A stretch of DNA of 63,192 nt from an uncultured Clostridia bacterium. GTDB taxonomy: Bacteria; Bacillota; Clostridia; Christensenellales; UBA3700. Below, one piece after another: positions 8,895 to 17,961 of this stretch (position 1 is its first letter; the number at the start of each line of letters is the position of its first letter). The notes beneath the pieces are model-generated. The model was not told the DNA's origin. It saw only the letters and a list, made by a program, of their open reading frames with translations, and searched no databases. The DNA lies in NCBI GenBank assembly GCA_946615965.1, contig CAMOIC010000003.1, forward strand, positions 1 through 63,192, written 5' to 3'. The translations under genes were made by a program, and so were the position numbers.

Positions 8895-10062
8895 CAGAAT
8901 CAGTATCTAAGAAATCTTTTAACTTTCTAGCTCTTGATGGATGACGTAACTTACGTAAAGCCTTAGCTTCAATTTGTCTAATTCTTTCACGAGTTACGTT
9001 GAATTCTTTACCTACTTCTTCAAGAGTCTTTGGCTTACCATCATCAAGACCATATCTTCTTCTGATAACTTCGTTTTCTCTTGGTGTTAATGTATCAAGT
9101 ACTTCTTTTAACTTGTCATTTAACATATTAGCTTCTGCTTGAGATGATGGAGATGGAGTATCATTATCTTCGATAAAATCTACAAGACGGCTATCTTCTT
9201 CTTCACCGATTGGCTTTTCAAGAGATACTGGATCTTGAGAGATTTGTTGAATCTCATTAATCTTGTCTACGCTAACGCCCATCTTGTCCGCGATTTCTGC
9301 TGGCGTTGGTTCTCTACCAAGTTCTTGTAAAAGTTGTCTTGATACCCTACCAGTCTTATTGATTGTTTCTACCATGTGAACTGGAATTCTGATTGTTCTT
9401 GCTTGGTCGGCAATAGCTCTTGTAATAGATTGCTTAATCCACCAAGTAGCATATGTTGAGAACTTGAATCCCTTTGTGTGATCGAATTTTTCTACTGCCT
9501 TCATTAAGCCCATGTTACCTTCTTGAATTAAATCAAGGAATTGCATACCACGGCCTACATATTTCTTAGCAATTGAAACTACAAGTCTTAAGTTAGCTTC
9601 AATTAATCTGTTTCTTGCATTAGAACCAATTTCATATTCTTTCTTAAGAATTTCTTTTTCAGCAACTGTTAAATTTTCTGAATGATCAAGTCTTTCTTTT
9701 GCCTTAAGACCTGTGTCCATCTTAATAGCTAAAACTGTTTCTTCATCAGATGATAAAAGAGGAACTTGTCCAATTTCTTTTAGGTACATCTTAACTGAGT
9801 CATCAGCGGCGCCTTCGATGTTAGCAACACCAAGCTTTTCTGCTTGAATATCATCAGCTTCTTTTTGGTTTTCAACTACTGTAACATCTAACTTCTTTAA
9901 TCCATCGTAGATGATTTCAAAATCATCCATATCAAGACCATACTTTTCAAGTTGAGATGTAATTGCTGTAGATGTTAATAATCCATCTTCAGCTTCCCCT
10001 TTTAACTTTGTAACGAGTTCTTTGATTTTTTCGTTCTTTTCTTCTAGAGTTAATTCTACCAT
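8884..10062 (-). CDS. rpoD: RNA polymerase primary sigma factor
   Basis: [32 protein letters not shown] and [19 protein letters not shown] motifs. Confidence 0.98.
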   Translation of the reverse strand: MVELTLEEKNEKIKELVTKLKGEAEDGLLTSTAITSQLEKYGLDMDDFEIIYDGLKKLDVTVVENQKEADDIQAEKLGVANIEGAADDSVKMYLKEIGQVPLLSSDEETVLAIKMDTGLKAKERLDHSENLTVAEKEILKKEYEIGSNARNRLIEANLRLVVSIAKKYVGRGMQFLDLIQEGNMGLMKAVEKFDHTKGFKFSTYATWWIKQSITRAIADQARTIRIPVHMVETINKTGRVSRQLLQELGREPTPAEIADKMGVSVDKINEIQQISQDPVSLEKPIGEEEDSRLVDFIEDNDTPSPSSQAEANMLNDKLKEVLDTLTPRENEVIRRRYGLDDGKPKTLEEVGKEFNVTRERIRQIEAKALRKLRHPSRARKLKDFLDTDSDEY

Positions 10063-10074
10063 ATATCCTCCATA

Positions 10075-11841
10075 TTATTTTGACACTTCACGAATGGTTC
10101 TTTGCAATTGAGATAATTGAGTTAATAACAATAATTTAGTTTCTTCATCCTTCTCATTATCTAGATCAACTGCTAGTTCCTTTCTCTTTTGTTCTAATCC
10201 TTCTTTTAGAACTCTTTTACGGCAATCGACAAACATTTTTTGTGCCGCTTCTATGCTTTGAACGTTTTCTCCAATTGCTAGAATCTTTTCAACTTCACTA
10301 TTCTCATCTTTTAATGCTTTTAAGTCCTCAATAGTCAATTCATCCTGACGTGACCTAAAGATGGAGTAAAGTTCTTGAGTTTCCTCTGTTCTACAACAAT
10401 CGAAGTATTCATCCTTAACATGTACACCTTCAATACCACCAAATGCAGCATAAAGAATATATCTTAAAGCTCTTGTATAAGCATCTGTTGGCTTTTCATT
10501 TGCATGGACAACAATCTTTACAGGCATACCTTCTTTAGCCTTTTCAAATTGTTCATTTAATGTTTGAGTGTTAATACCACTCATAGATTCAATCTTTGCA
10601 ATAAATGGTTCTGCTTGTACCCTACTTGGGATAGCACTAATTGCATTAATTGCTTCAGCTGCAAATTGTCCTCTATCTTCTACAGATTTTAGATTATATT
10701 TCTTAGCAACATTTTGAATCTTATATTCATACATTGGGATGGCACTCTTAATCTTTTTCATCATGCCATCATATCCATGTTTCTTTATATATTCGTCTGG
10801 GTCAGCATTATCTTCAAGAACAACTACATAAACATCTAATCCTTCTTGTTTTAAGATATCTACACCTCTTATCATGCCGTTTTGACCAGCCTCATCACCA
10901 TCATACATATAGTAAACTTTTGTAGATGTACCAAGTAGAGATTTAATTAATCTAGCTTGTTCTGATGTTAATGCTGTACCACAAGAAGCAACTGCATTAT
11001 GAATACCTGCTTGGTATAAAGAAATAACATCCATATATCCTTCTACTAAGATAATATCTTTAACTCTTGGATTAATTCCTTTTACTATGTTGGCTGCAAA
11101 TAATTCATTTGTCTTATGATAAATATCTGATTCCATTGAGTTGTAATATTTTTTAACAGTATGATCTACGTTTAATACAACTCTTCCACCAAAAGCAATA
11201 ACATGGCCTAGTTTATCTACGATAGGTGTTATAAATCTTTCACTTTGTGGATCATAGAATTCGCCTTTACTTCCTTTAAAAGCAACTCTTGCATCAGACA
11301 TTTCTTCGTATGTATAACCTTTAGATTTTAAGAACTTAACCAAATCGGTAGAATCTACAGCATAACCAAGCCCGAACTTCTTAATTGTTTCTATAGATAA
11401 ACCTCTGCCGGCAAGGTATTCTCTAGCCTTTTCACCTTTTGGTGACATTAGATTTGTATAATAATGATTTGCTGCATCTTTCATTAATTCATACAATCTA
11501 TCTTTTTTCTTCTTTAAGGCAGCCAAAGATTCCATATCTCCCTTTTTGAAAGTTGGAACTTCCATGCCATATCTTTGAGCAAGGATTTCAACAGCACCTT
11601 TAAAGTCTGTTCTTTCCATTTCTTCTACAAGTTTTATTGAATCACCTGCTGCATGACATCCAAAGCAATAATATGAGTTTGTATTCTCATATAAACAGAA
11701 CGATGGAGTCTTTTCTACGTGAAGTGGACAGCACGCCATAATACGCGCACCCCTTCTTACAAGCTGCGTGTATTTACTTGCCACATCTACTATCGTTGCT
11801 TTTCTCTTTAATTCTTCAATAAATTGCGAATACTCGTCCAT
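10075..11841 (-). CDS. dnaG: DNA primase
   Basis: CHC2 zinc finger (CPLH.EKTPSF...CFGC), FGGR, VEGYMD and YDGD.AG (TOPRIM). Confidence 0.97.
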   Translation of the reverse strand: MDEYSQFIEELKRKATIVDVASKYTQLVRRGARIMACCPLHVEKTPSFCLYENTNSYYCFGCHAAGDSIKLVEEMERTDFKGAVEILAQRYGMEVPTFKKGDMESLAALKKKKDRLYELMKDAANHYYTNLMSPKGEKAREYLAGRGLSIETIKKFGLGYAVDSTDLVKFLKSKGYTYEEMSDARVAFKGSKGEFYDPQSERFITPIVDKLGHVIAFGGRVVLNVDHTVKKYYNSMESDIYHKTNELFAANIVKGINPRVKDIILVEGYMDVISLYQAGIHNAVASCGTALTSEQARLIKSLLGTSTKVYYMYDGDEAGQNGMIRGVDILKQEGLDVYVVVLEDNADPDEYIKKHGYDGMMKKIKSAIPMYEYKIQNVAKKYNLKSVEDRGQFAAEAINAISAIPSRVQAEPFIAKIESMSGINTQTLNEQFEKAKEGMPVKIVVHANEKPTDAYTRALRYILYAAFGGIEGVHVKDEYFDCCRTEETQELYSIFRSRQDELTIEDLKALKDENSEVEKILAIGENVQSIEAAQKMFVDCRKRVLKEGLEQKRKELAVDLDNEKDEETKLLLLTQLSQLQRTIREVSK

Positions 11842-11968
11842 TTTTTACCCCTTGCACAAATATATACGCAATATAACCCTTTAATTCCTAAAATATTTTT
11901 AAAAATTATTTTTTTCTATTTTATAGCCTTCAAATGTCCCAAAAATAAGACTAGACCTATTAACAGCA

Positions 11969-11997
11969 TTGACACCTATAAATTATATTTATACAAT
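11969..11997 (+). promoter_or_regulatory. Consensus sigma70 promoter directly in front of dgt
   Basis: TTGACA(11969-74)-17 nt-TACAAT(11992-97), 6 nt before the ATG. Confidence 0.75.
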
Positions 11998-12003
11998 TGA
12001 GGT

Positions 12004-13020
12004 ATGAAAAATTATAAAGAATTTATTTACGAACAAGAAAAAAGAACTTTTAGCGAGTTTGCTCAATTATCTTCTGCATCTAAAGGAAGATTACACCCTA
12101 TCGATGAATGCATGGTACGTGGAGAATACCAAAGAGATAGAGATAAGATAATTCACAGTAAAGCCTTCCGTAGATTAAAGCATAAGACACAAGTTTTTTT
12201 ATCCCCAGAGGGAGATCACTATAGAACAAGACTTACTCACACTCTTGAGGTTGCTCAAATCGGTAGAACCATAGCAAGAGCTTTAAGACTAAACGAAGAT
12301 TTAGTTGAAGCTGCTGCTCTTGGCCACGATTTAGGTCATACTCCATTTGGCCATGCAGGAGAACAAGTTCTAAACGAGAAATTAAAAGATGAAGGCGGCT
12401 TTAACCATGCTCAACAAAGCTTAAGAGTTGTAGATATTCTTGAAAATGATGGCAGTGGATTAAATCTTACATATGAAACAAGACATGCTATTGTTGTTCA
12501 TAATCAAAAATATACAGATACACCAGAAACTCTAGAGAGCGAAATTGTTAAATACGCAGATAGATTTGCATACATTAACCACGACATCGAAGATGCCATT
12601 ACAGGTAAGATTCTAACAGAAGATGATTTACCAAAAGATTGCTGCGAAGTTCTTGGTCATTCCAAATCAGAAAGAATTAATAATTTAATTCTTGATATGC
12701 TTGAAACTAGTGACGGAAAACCATATATCAAGCAATCCGATGAATTCCTAGAGGCAACAACAAAACTTCATGAATTTATGTTTGCGAATGTATATTTAAA
12801 CAAGAAAGCTAAGCCTCAAGAACAAAAAGCAAAAGATATGTTCTCTCATCTATTCGATCACTATATGAGACATATTGATGAGCTTCCAGAATTTAATAGA
12901 TCACTTCTTGGAACTTATTCAGAAAAAAGAATTGTTGCGGACTATTTATCTTCATTTACAGATCAGTATTGTGTTCGAAAATTTAAAGATATATATGTTC
13001 CAACATGTTGGTCAGATTAA
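12004..13020 (+). CDS. dgt: dGTP triphosphohydrolase (HD family, short form)
   Basis: RDRD.IIHS.AFRRL..KTQVF, RTRLTHTLEV and HDLGH.PFGHAGE motifs. Confidence 0.93.
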   Translation: MKNYKEFIYEQEKRTFSEFAQLSSASKGRLHPIDECMVRGEYQRDRDKIIHSKAFRRLKHKTQVFLSPEGDHYRTRLTHTLEVAQIGRTIARALRLNEDLVEAAALGHDLGHTPFGHAGEQVLNEKLKDEGGFNHAQQSLRVVDILENDGSGLNLTYETRHAIVVHNQKYTDTPETLESEIVKYADRFAYINHDIEDAITGKILTEDDLPKDCCEVLGHSKSERINNLILDMLETSDGKPYIKQSDEFLEATTKLHEFMFANVYLNKKAKPQEQKAKDMFSHLFDHYMRHIDELPEFNRSLLGTYSEKRIVADYLSSFTDQYCVRKFKDIYVPTCWSD

Positions 13021-13027
13021 AAAAATT

Positions 13028-13067
13028 GGGGCTGTTAAGAAACAAATAATCTTAGCAGCCCCTTTTT
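13028..13067. terminator. Terminator between convergent genes
   Basis: GGGGCTGTTAAGA/TCTTAGCAGCCCC stem with T5 after and an A-run before. Confidence 0.75.
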
Positions 13068-13074
13068 GTTTCTA

Positions 13075-13788
13075 TTAAATTAATGCATACGTTGCTAGGA
13101 TTTTCTCTATAGCTGCTATATATGAAACAGCTGGCTTATATTGTGCCATAACGGATTTCAATCCTGTCCATACAACTTTTATCATCTTTGTTCTATTTAA
13201 TTCAAATGAATATAAGAATCCTTCAAGCATTAAAAGATAATCATCTCTAAGTTCATCTTTTAAGTTGTTATCATTTGTTACAAGTTCTGTTAAAGCAAGA
13301 ATATATTGTGTTGCTTGAGTCTTAGCTGCATGAGCAGGAGCTTGTGCAACATCACTTAAGTGAATATCCTTTGTTTCCTCTTCTCTAACGATTCCGTTGA
13401 AAGCCATAATATATGGTAGAATGATATCTTGAGTAAACATCTTATAACTTGCTTCAAAATTCTTTGAAGGATAATAAATCTTGATAAACTTTGTTAAATC
13501 GATATCTTTTCTATCAAATTTGTATAAAAGTTCAGTAACAAAAGCTACGATTTCTTTTTGTTGAGCAGGTAAAGTAAACTTAGATGTTGATGTTGCCCTA
13601 TCCATAACTTGATCAAACGAAAAATCTTGAGAACACTTGATTAAGTAGTTAGTTAAAACAGGAATAGATGCAATTGTTTTTAATATACTTGAAATGCAAT
13701 TGCTAGACATGATGAACTTTGAATTCATCATTGTTTTTCCTCTTTCACTAATCAAAGAATATGCTTGGGTAACGTTCTTACTTGGCAT
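13075..13788 (-). CDS. Hypothetical helical protein
   Basis: 237-aa ORF with SD GAGGTG and a TTGCAA-17-TAAAAT promoter. No family recognised. Confidence 0.6.
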   Translation of the reverse strand: MPSKNVTQAYSLISERGKTMMNSKFIMSSNCISSILKTIASIPVLTNYLIKCSQDFSFDQVMDRATSTSKFTLPAQQKEIVAFVTELLYKFDRKDIDLTKFIKIYYPSKNFEASYKMFTQDIILPYIMAFNGIVREEETKDIHLSDVAQAPAHAAKTQATQYILALTELVTNDNNLKDELRDDYLLMLEGFLYSFELNRTKMIKVVWTGLKSVMAQYKPAVSYIAAIEKILATYALI

Positions 13789-13927
13789 CTACTCACCTCA
13801 AGTATTTATTTTATCGAAAGAATGTTTAAATTGCAACAATTAATAAAATATACAATATTTTGCTCGTTGCTTTTAATTTTTCGTTAATATATAATAATTT
13901 ATATGCGAGATAAGGAGTTTCTAAAAC

Positions 13928-14158
13928 ATGAAGTCAATCATTATATTATTAAACACAACAGATAGCGTTAAAAATTTCGTTGGAACTATTTCAAAGTATG
14001 ATTATGAAATGGATTTAAGAAGCGGAAGATATGTAGTAGATGCAAAGTCTTTACTAGGTATTTTCTCATTAGATTTAAACAAGCCTGTAGTTCTTGAAAT
14101 CTATGCTAACGATTGCGATGAATTAATTAACGAAATTAAGCCATTTATTGTTAAATAG
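13928..14158 (+). CDS. HPr-family protein lacking the His15 motif
   Basis: 'VDAKSLLGIFSL' (Ser46 loop) is present and GLHARP is absent. SD AAGGAG and a TTGCTT-17-TATAAT promoter are present. Confidence 0.85.
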   Translation: MKSIIILLNTTDSVKNFVGTISKYDYEMDLRSGRYVVDAKSLLGIFSLDLNKPVVLEIYANDCDELINEIKPFIVK

Positions 14159-14160
14159 TA

Positions 14161-14682
14161 ATGCCTTTAGATCCAAAAGTTGAAAAATTAATAATACTCT
14201 ACATCTTTGACCAGATGGAGTTCCCTATGAAGGAGCAAGTTATAAACGATTTAGTCGTTGAAAATAACTGGCTTCCCGTTTTTAATTTTAGAGAAGCTTT
14301 TAGTGATCTTATCAAAACTGGTCAATTAGTTAATGTTGCAAAGAAGAATGCAGAGCCTCAATATGCAATCACAATCACAAGCAAAGAAGGTTTATCTAAT
14401 TTCTACACAGAAATCCCTATTACAATAAGAGAAGAGATTTCAGCAAACATTAAAAAGAACAGAATCAATTATAGAAAGAAACAAGAATATATTGCAGATT
14501 ACTCTAAAAACGCTGATGGTACATACACAGTATCTTTAAAGATTGAAAGTTCTGCATATACCCTATTAGATTTAAAGATCGTTGTTCAAACAAAACAAAA
14601 AGCAAAATGGATTTACAACAACTGGTCTGAAAAAGCCGCAACTATATACGAAGGCATTTATGAAAATCTAATTGATGTATAA
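14161..14682 (+). CDS. DUF4364 family protein
   Basis: 'KLIILYI...', winged-helix-like N-terminus and 'LLDLKIVV.TK.KA'. Clostridial synteny with the HPr-like gene. Confidence 0.75.
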   Translation: MPLDPKVEKLIILYIFDQMEFPMKEQVINDLVVENNWLPVFNFREAFSDLIKTGQLVNVAKKNAEPQYAITITSKEGLSNFYTEIPITIREEISANIKKNRINYRKKQEYIADYSKNADGTYTVSLKIESSAYTLLDLKIVVQTKQKAKWIYNNWSEKAATIYEGIYENLIDV

Positions 14683-14703
14683 ATACAAAATAACATTGAA
14701 AAC

Positions 14704-14739
14704 AAATACGACGATGCATTTAAACATCGTCGTATTTTT
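14704..14739. terminator. Bidirectional terminator
   Basis: AAATACGACGATG(14704-16)/CATCGTCGTATTT(14725-37), between convergent genes. Confidence 0.8.
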
Positions 14740-14767
14740 ACTCGAATCTATTATTAACAAATGTTAT

Positions 14768-17146
14768 TTATTCAACACTGAACGCAAGATATCTTATATA
14801 TTTGTATATTAGATTGTATATTTTTTCCGGAGTCGTAGCACCCTTACCTATTGCAATTTTAAGGTATTGACCATTAAATGCGTCAAATATAAATTCTGGT
14901 ATTGGAATAATGTTATTAAATTCTTCATATGTATATAGTCCATATATAGATATATCTTGTGCCATTGATGCTTGATCATATGACATTGTTGTAGAATCTA
15001 CATCAAAGATGTTTATGAAACTCTCTGTATTACCAGGCATAGATAACATACCATTGACATAATAGCATAAGTGCCCATATGTTACTGGCGAGTAAGCCGT
15101 TGTTACTTGTTGCGTAATTGTAACATCCAATAATTGAACATCTGACAATATCATATTGTTATTTAAATCATAAGATTGTTTCTTGAAATAATGTCCTATA
15201 TACTGTGAAGCATCATTTCTTAAAAACACATATTTATTCAAAGTAGTATCAAAGAAAGCATGCTCATCTATTACTTCTACTTGTGTACTATCAGAGAATG
15301 TTAGTGTTATTACATCATATGTTGTTGTTTCTTCTGAATCTATGAACAATATAGGGGCTGAAGTAAATGTACCATTTAACATATCCCATACTAATAGTTC
15401 TTCATCTCCAGTTAGGTTCTCTACTGCAGTTTTTGTGCCATCTGCTAGTGTTATTAAAGAACCTTCTGTTATACAAGAATCAGAAGACTTTTCCACCCAT
15501 TTTGCATGAAGCATACCATTTGGTGCTTTAAGAATATCATAATATGCATCCCCTGAAAAATCTGGAGCCGCATACCATCCTTCAAATGAATAACCTCTTC
15601 TGGTGGGATTTGGAATTTTTGTACTACTATCAATATTTTGTATACTATTTGCAGATTTAGAAACATACTTAATGTACGATTTATCACTAGAAAATTTTGT
15701 ATCCCATATAACAGGGTAATTGCTCGAATTCCATGAATTTGACCATCTTGAAGGCTTACTAGAATACTCAACATATATGCAACTTAAATCAGTCATACTA
15801 AATGCGCTATCACCTATAACCTCTACCTTATCAGAAAGACATAAAACTCTATCTGGATTTGAATTTTGAAATGCCCTATCACCAATTCTAACAATAGTTG
15901 ACGGAATCTCCATTCTTGCAATATCAGCATCTTTAAATGCTTCCTTACCTACATATACCACATCAGAAATATCAATTACTGATAAATTTGATTTTCTTGG
16001 AAATGTGCCCTCTAGAGCATTCTCTCCTATCATTTCTATTCCATTAGGCAAACACACAATATAGTTTTTCCCTGCATAAAAAGCTCTATTTTTTAGTATG
16101 GTTACATTTGTATTATTTGCATATACACGTGCGAGTTTTTCACAGCCAATAAAACATTCACTACCTATGTCGTTTATCGTATCTGGCAATGTACAGAATA
16201 GCATTTCTTTTTGATTACTAAAGGCTCTTTGCCCTAACTCAACAACATCTTTACCATTTATTTCTGAATCTAAAGAAAAACTTCCCTCTATTTCAAGAAG
16301 CACATCATTAATTCTAACAGAACTATCATCAAGATTTGTGTAATCATACACATATTCTATTATTAGTCCTTCACGTGTTGTACTAACTAATGCATCATTA
16401 ACTATTCTTTTCATATGACCGAAAGATACTCTTGATAAAACTTTCTTTGCTAATTCATCATCTTCTAAATTTTGAAATTCTATCCCTAAATTTCTTCCTT
16501 GTTCGTTATTATACAAATCCATTTCTTTATCAATTCCTTGGGAATTTGGATTCTCTTCATGTATATCAGCGAATTCCTTTGCATATTCGACCCCCACATG
16601 TTTTGTCATAAGAGCATTCCAATAACTATGTCTAAAAGCATCTGCGTTATCTTGACTATATCTATTTTCATTAGTATAGAATAAATGAGTATTGTCTCTA
16701 GCAGTCATAGCATCTAAAAACATTTTTGTACTTAAAAAAGGATGCTTGATAATAAAAGTTTTTTCCGCATCCGTCAATTGTTTATAAAAACCATCAAATT
16801 GGTCATACATACTATCTATAATACTTGAGTTGACAATATCATAATTTTCAGAATCCTCTATTCTCTCTAGAATAAATACATCCTTTTGATTAACATCTAT
16901 ATCGTCCCTGTCCAAGAATGCTGTATTCTTTTGATAAATATCTAATAGTTTTTCATATGACAATTTATCATAAAGAATACTCTCGACAGGAGTATATGAA
17001 ACGCTAATATTTGTATCACTAATTATTAATTGATATTTGCAATTATTATTATAGATGCGATAACAACAAAATATAGCCATCACGCAAAAACTAACTATAA
17101 ACAAAAATGTAAATCTTCTAATTGTTTTTCTCATATAACAGTCCAT
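14768..17146 (-). CDS. Exported multidomain protein: signal/TM, DUF6973-like, BspA-type LRRs, Listeria-Bacteroides repeat, Hint domain, 90-aa tail
   Basis: TM 'FTFLFIVSFCVMAIFCCY'. DAFRHSYW...HE...MDLYNN..G from aa 169. I...AF repeats. PTRRGYSFEGWY...AKW. Hint start S|CITEGSLITLADG at Cys558 (codon 15475-15473). Confidence 0.8.
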   Translation of the reverse strand: MDCYMRKTIRRFTFLFIVSFCVMAIFCCYRIYNNNCKYQLIISDTNISVSYTPVESILYDKLSYEKLLDIYQKNTAFLDRDDIDVNQKDVFILERIEDSENYDIVNSSIIDSMYDQFDGFYKQLTDAEKTFIIKHPFLSTKMFLDAMTARDNTHLFYTNENRYSQDNADAFRHSYWNALMTKHVGVEYAKEFADIHEENPNSQGIDKEMDLYNNEQGRNLGIEFQNLEDDELAKKVLSRVSFGHMKRIVNDALVSTTREGLIIEYVYDYTNLDDSSVRINDVLLEIEGSFSLDSEINGKDVVELGQRAFSNQKEMLFCTLPDTINDIGSECFIGCEKLARVYANNTNVTILKNRAFYAGKNYIVCLPNGIEMIGENALEGTFPRKSNLSVIDISDVVYVGKEAFKDADIARMEIPSTIVRIGDRAFQNSNPDRVLCLSDKVEVIGDSAFSMTDLSCIYVEYSSKPSRWSNSWNSSNYPVIWDTKFSSDKSYIKYVSKSANSIQNIDSSTKIPNPTRRGYSFEGWYAAPDFSGDAYYDILKAPNGMLHAKWVEKSSDSCITEGSLITLADGTKTAVENLTGDEELLVWDMLNGTFTSAPILFIDSEETTTYDVITLTFSDSTQVEVIDEHAFFDTTLNKYVFLRNDASQYIGHYFKKQSYDLNNNMILSDVQLLDVTITQQVTTAYSPVTYGHLCYYVNGMLSMPGNTESFINIFDVDSTTMSYDQASMAQDISIYGLYTYEEFNNIIPIPEFIFDAFNGQYLKIAIGKGATTPEKIYNLIYKYIRYLAFSVE

Positions 17147-17149
17147 CCT

Positions 17150-17569
17150 CTACTTCTTTTTATAATTCACCCACATATAATCTAAATTACAATTCTCAAA
17201 ACAATTGTAGCATTTGTAATAGGAATAATCCTCTTTAGGTAAAAGAACACTTAAAATACCAGTTTTCTTGTCGTACATAAAATTAAAGCTAACACCATCA
17301 TCCACGAATTCACCAACAACATGGTTATCATCATCAATATTTATAGTTATTTCAAACCATTCATCATATAAAAATTCAACATTAGAATACACACGCCAAC
17401 ATAATTCATATGCTGTTGACTTAATCTCTCCATCCTCATATAAATAATAAACACCTTTTGGAATAATCTCTTTCTTTTTTTCTATATAGTGAAAAATACT
17501 ACCTGCACTGATTATCAATGCTATAACACAAGCGATAATTATTATATACTTCTTTTTTACTCTCTCCAT
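17150..17569 (-). CDS. Small membrane-anchored exported protein, translationally coupled to the Hint protein
   Basis: Start refined to ATG 17569 (SD AGGTGG). KKK plus one hydrophobic helix, then an aromatic beta-rich domain. Ends 3 nt before the next start. Confidence 0.55.
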   Translation of the reverse strand: MERVKKKYIIIIACVIALIISAGSIFHYIEKKKEIIPKGVYYLYEDGEIKSTAYELCWRVYSNVEFLYDEWFEITINIDDDNHVVGEFVDDGVSFNFMYDKKTGILSVLLPKEDYSYYKCYNCFENCNLDYMWVNYKKK

Positions 17570-17902
17570 TCGACCACCTACCAAATTCTATTTAATATAT
17601 TTCTCTTCACCATATTATCCGTTTAAATCCTTTATTCGCATCATACAATTACAACTCCTGATATTATTCGTAAAAACAATCCTATAGACGAATTGCCAAA
17701 AACAACGCTATATTTATCATTCTTGAAACTGGAATTAAATAATGAATTAAATAAATTTTATCTATCAAACTAATTCTTGCCCCTCTTCTAGCATTAGAAC
17801 CCATATGAATATGGAAATCTTTTTAATAATCATCAAAACGACAATTACCATAAATAATTATAAACCATATTATCTTGTTGTCAACAGATTCATTTATTTA
17901 CT

Positions 17903-17943
17903 AAAAAATTAACATGATTTCAATTGTGTTGAAATCATGTTAA
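17903..17943 (-). terminator. Terminator of the hprK-ywaF operon
   Basis: Perfect 15-bp stem TTAACATGATTTCAA(17909-23)/TTGAAATCATGTTAA(17929-43), with A6 at 17903-08. Confidence 0.8.
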
Positions 17944-17961
17944 ATATCGTATTTAAAAAAT

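Noticed and set aside
15041-15475. Hint domain as a classical splicing intein or homing element
   Set aside because: There is no terminal His-Asn plus Cys/Ser/Thr, no LAGLIDADG/HNH insert, and it is not embedded in a conserved host enzyme.
17590-17800. Tiny minus-strand ORFs upstream of the Hint cassette (a 28-codon hydrophobic TTG ORF, MMRIKDLNG, MVKRNILNRIW)
   Set aside because: They are short, have weak starts and no homology I can recognise, so they cannot be distinguished from noise or gene debris.
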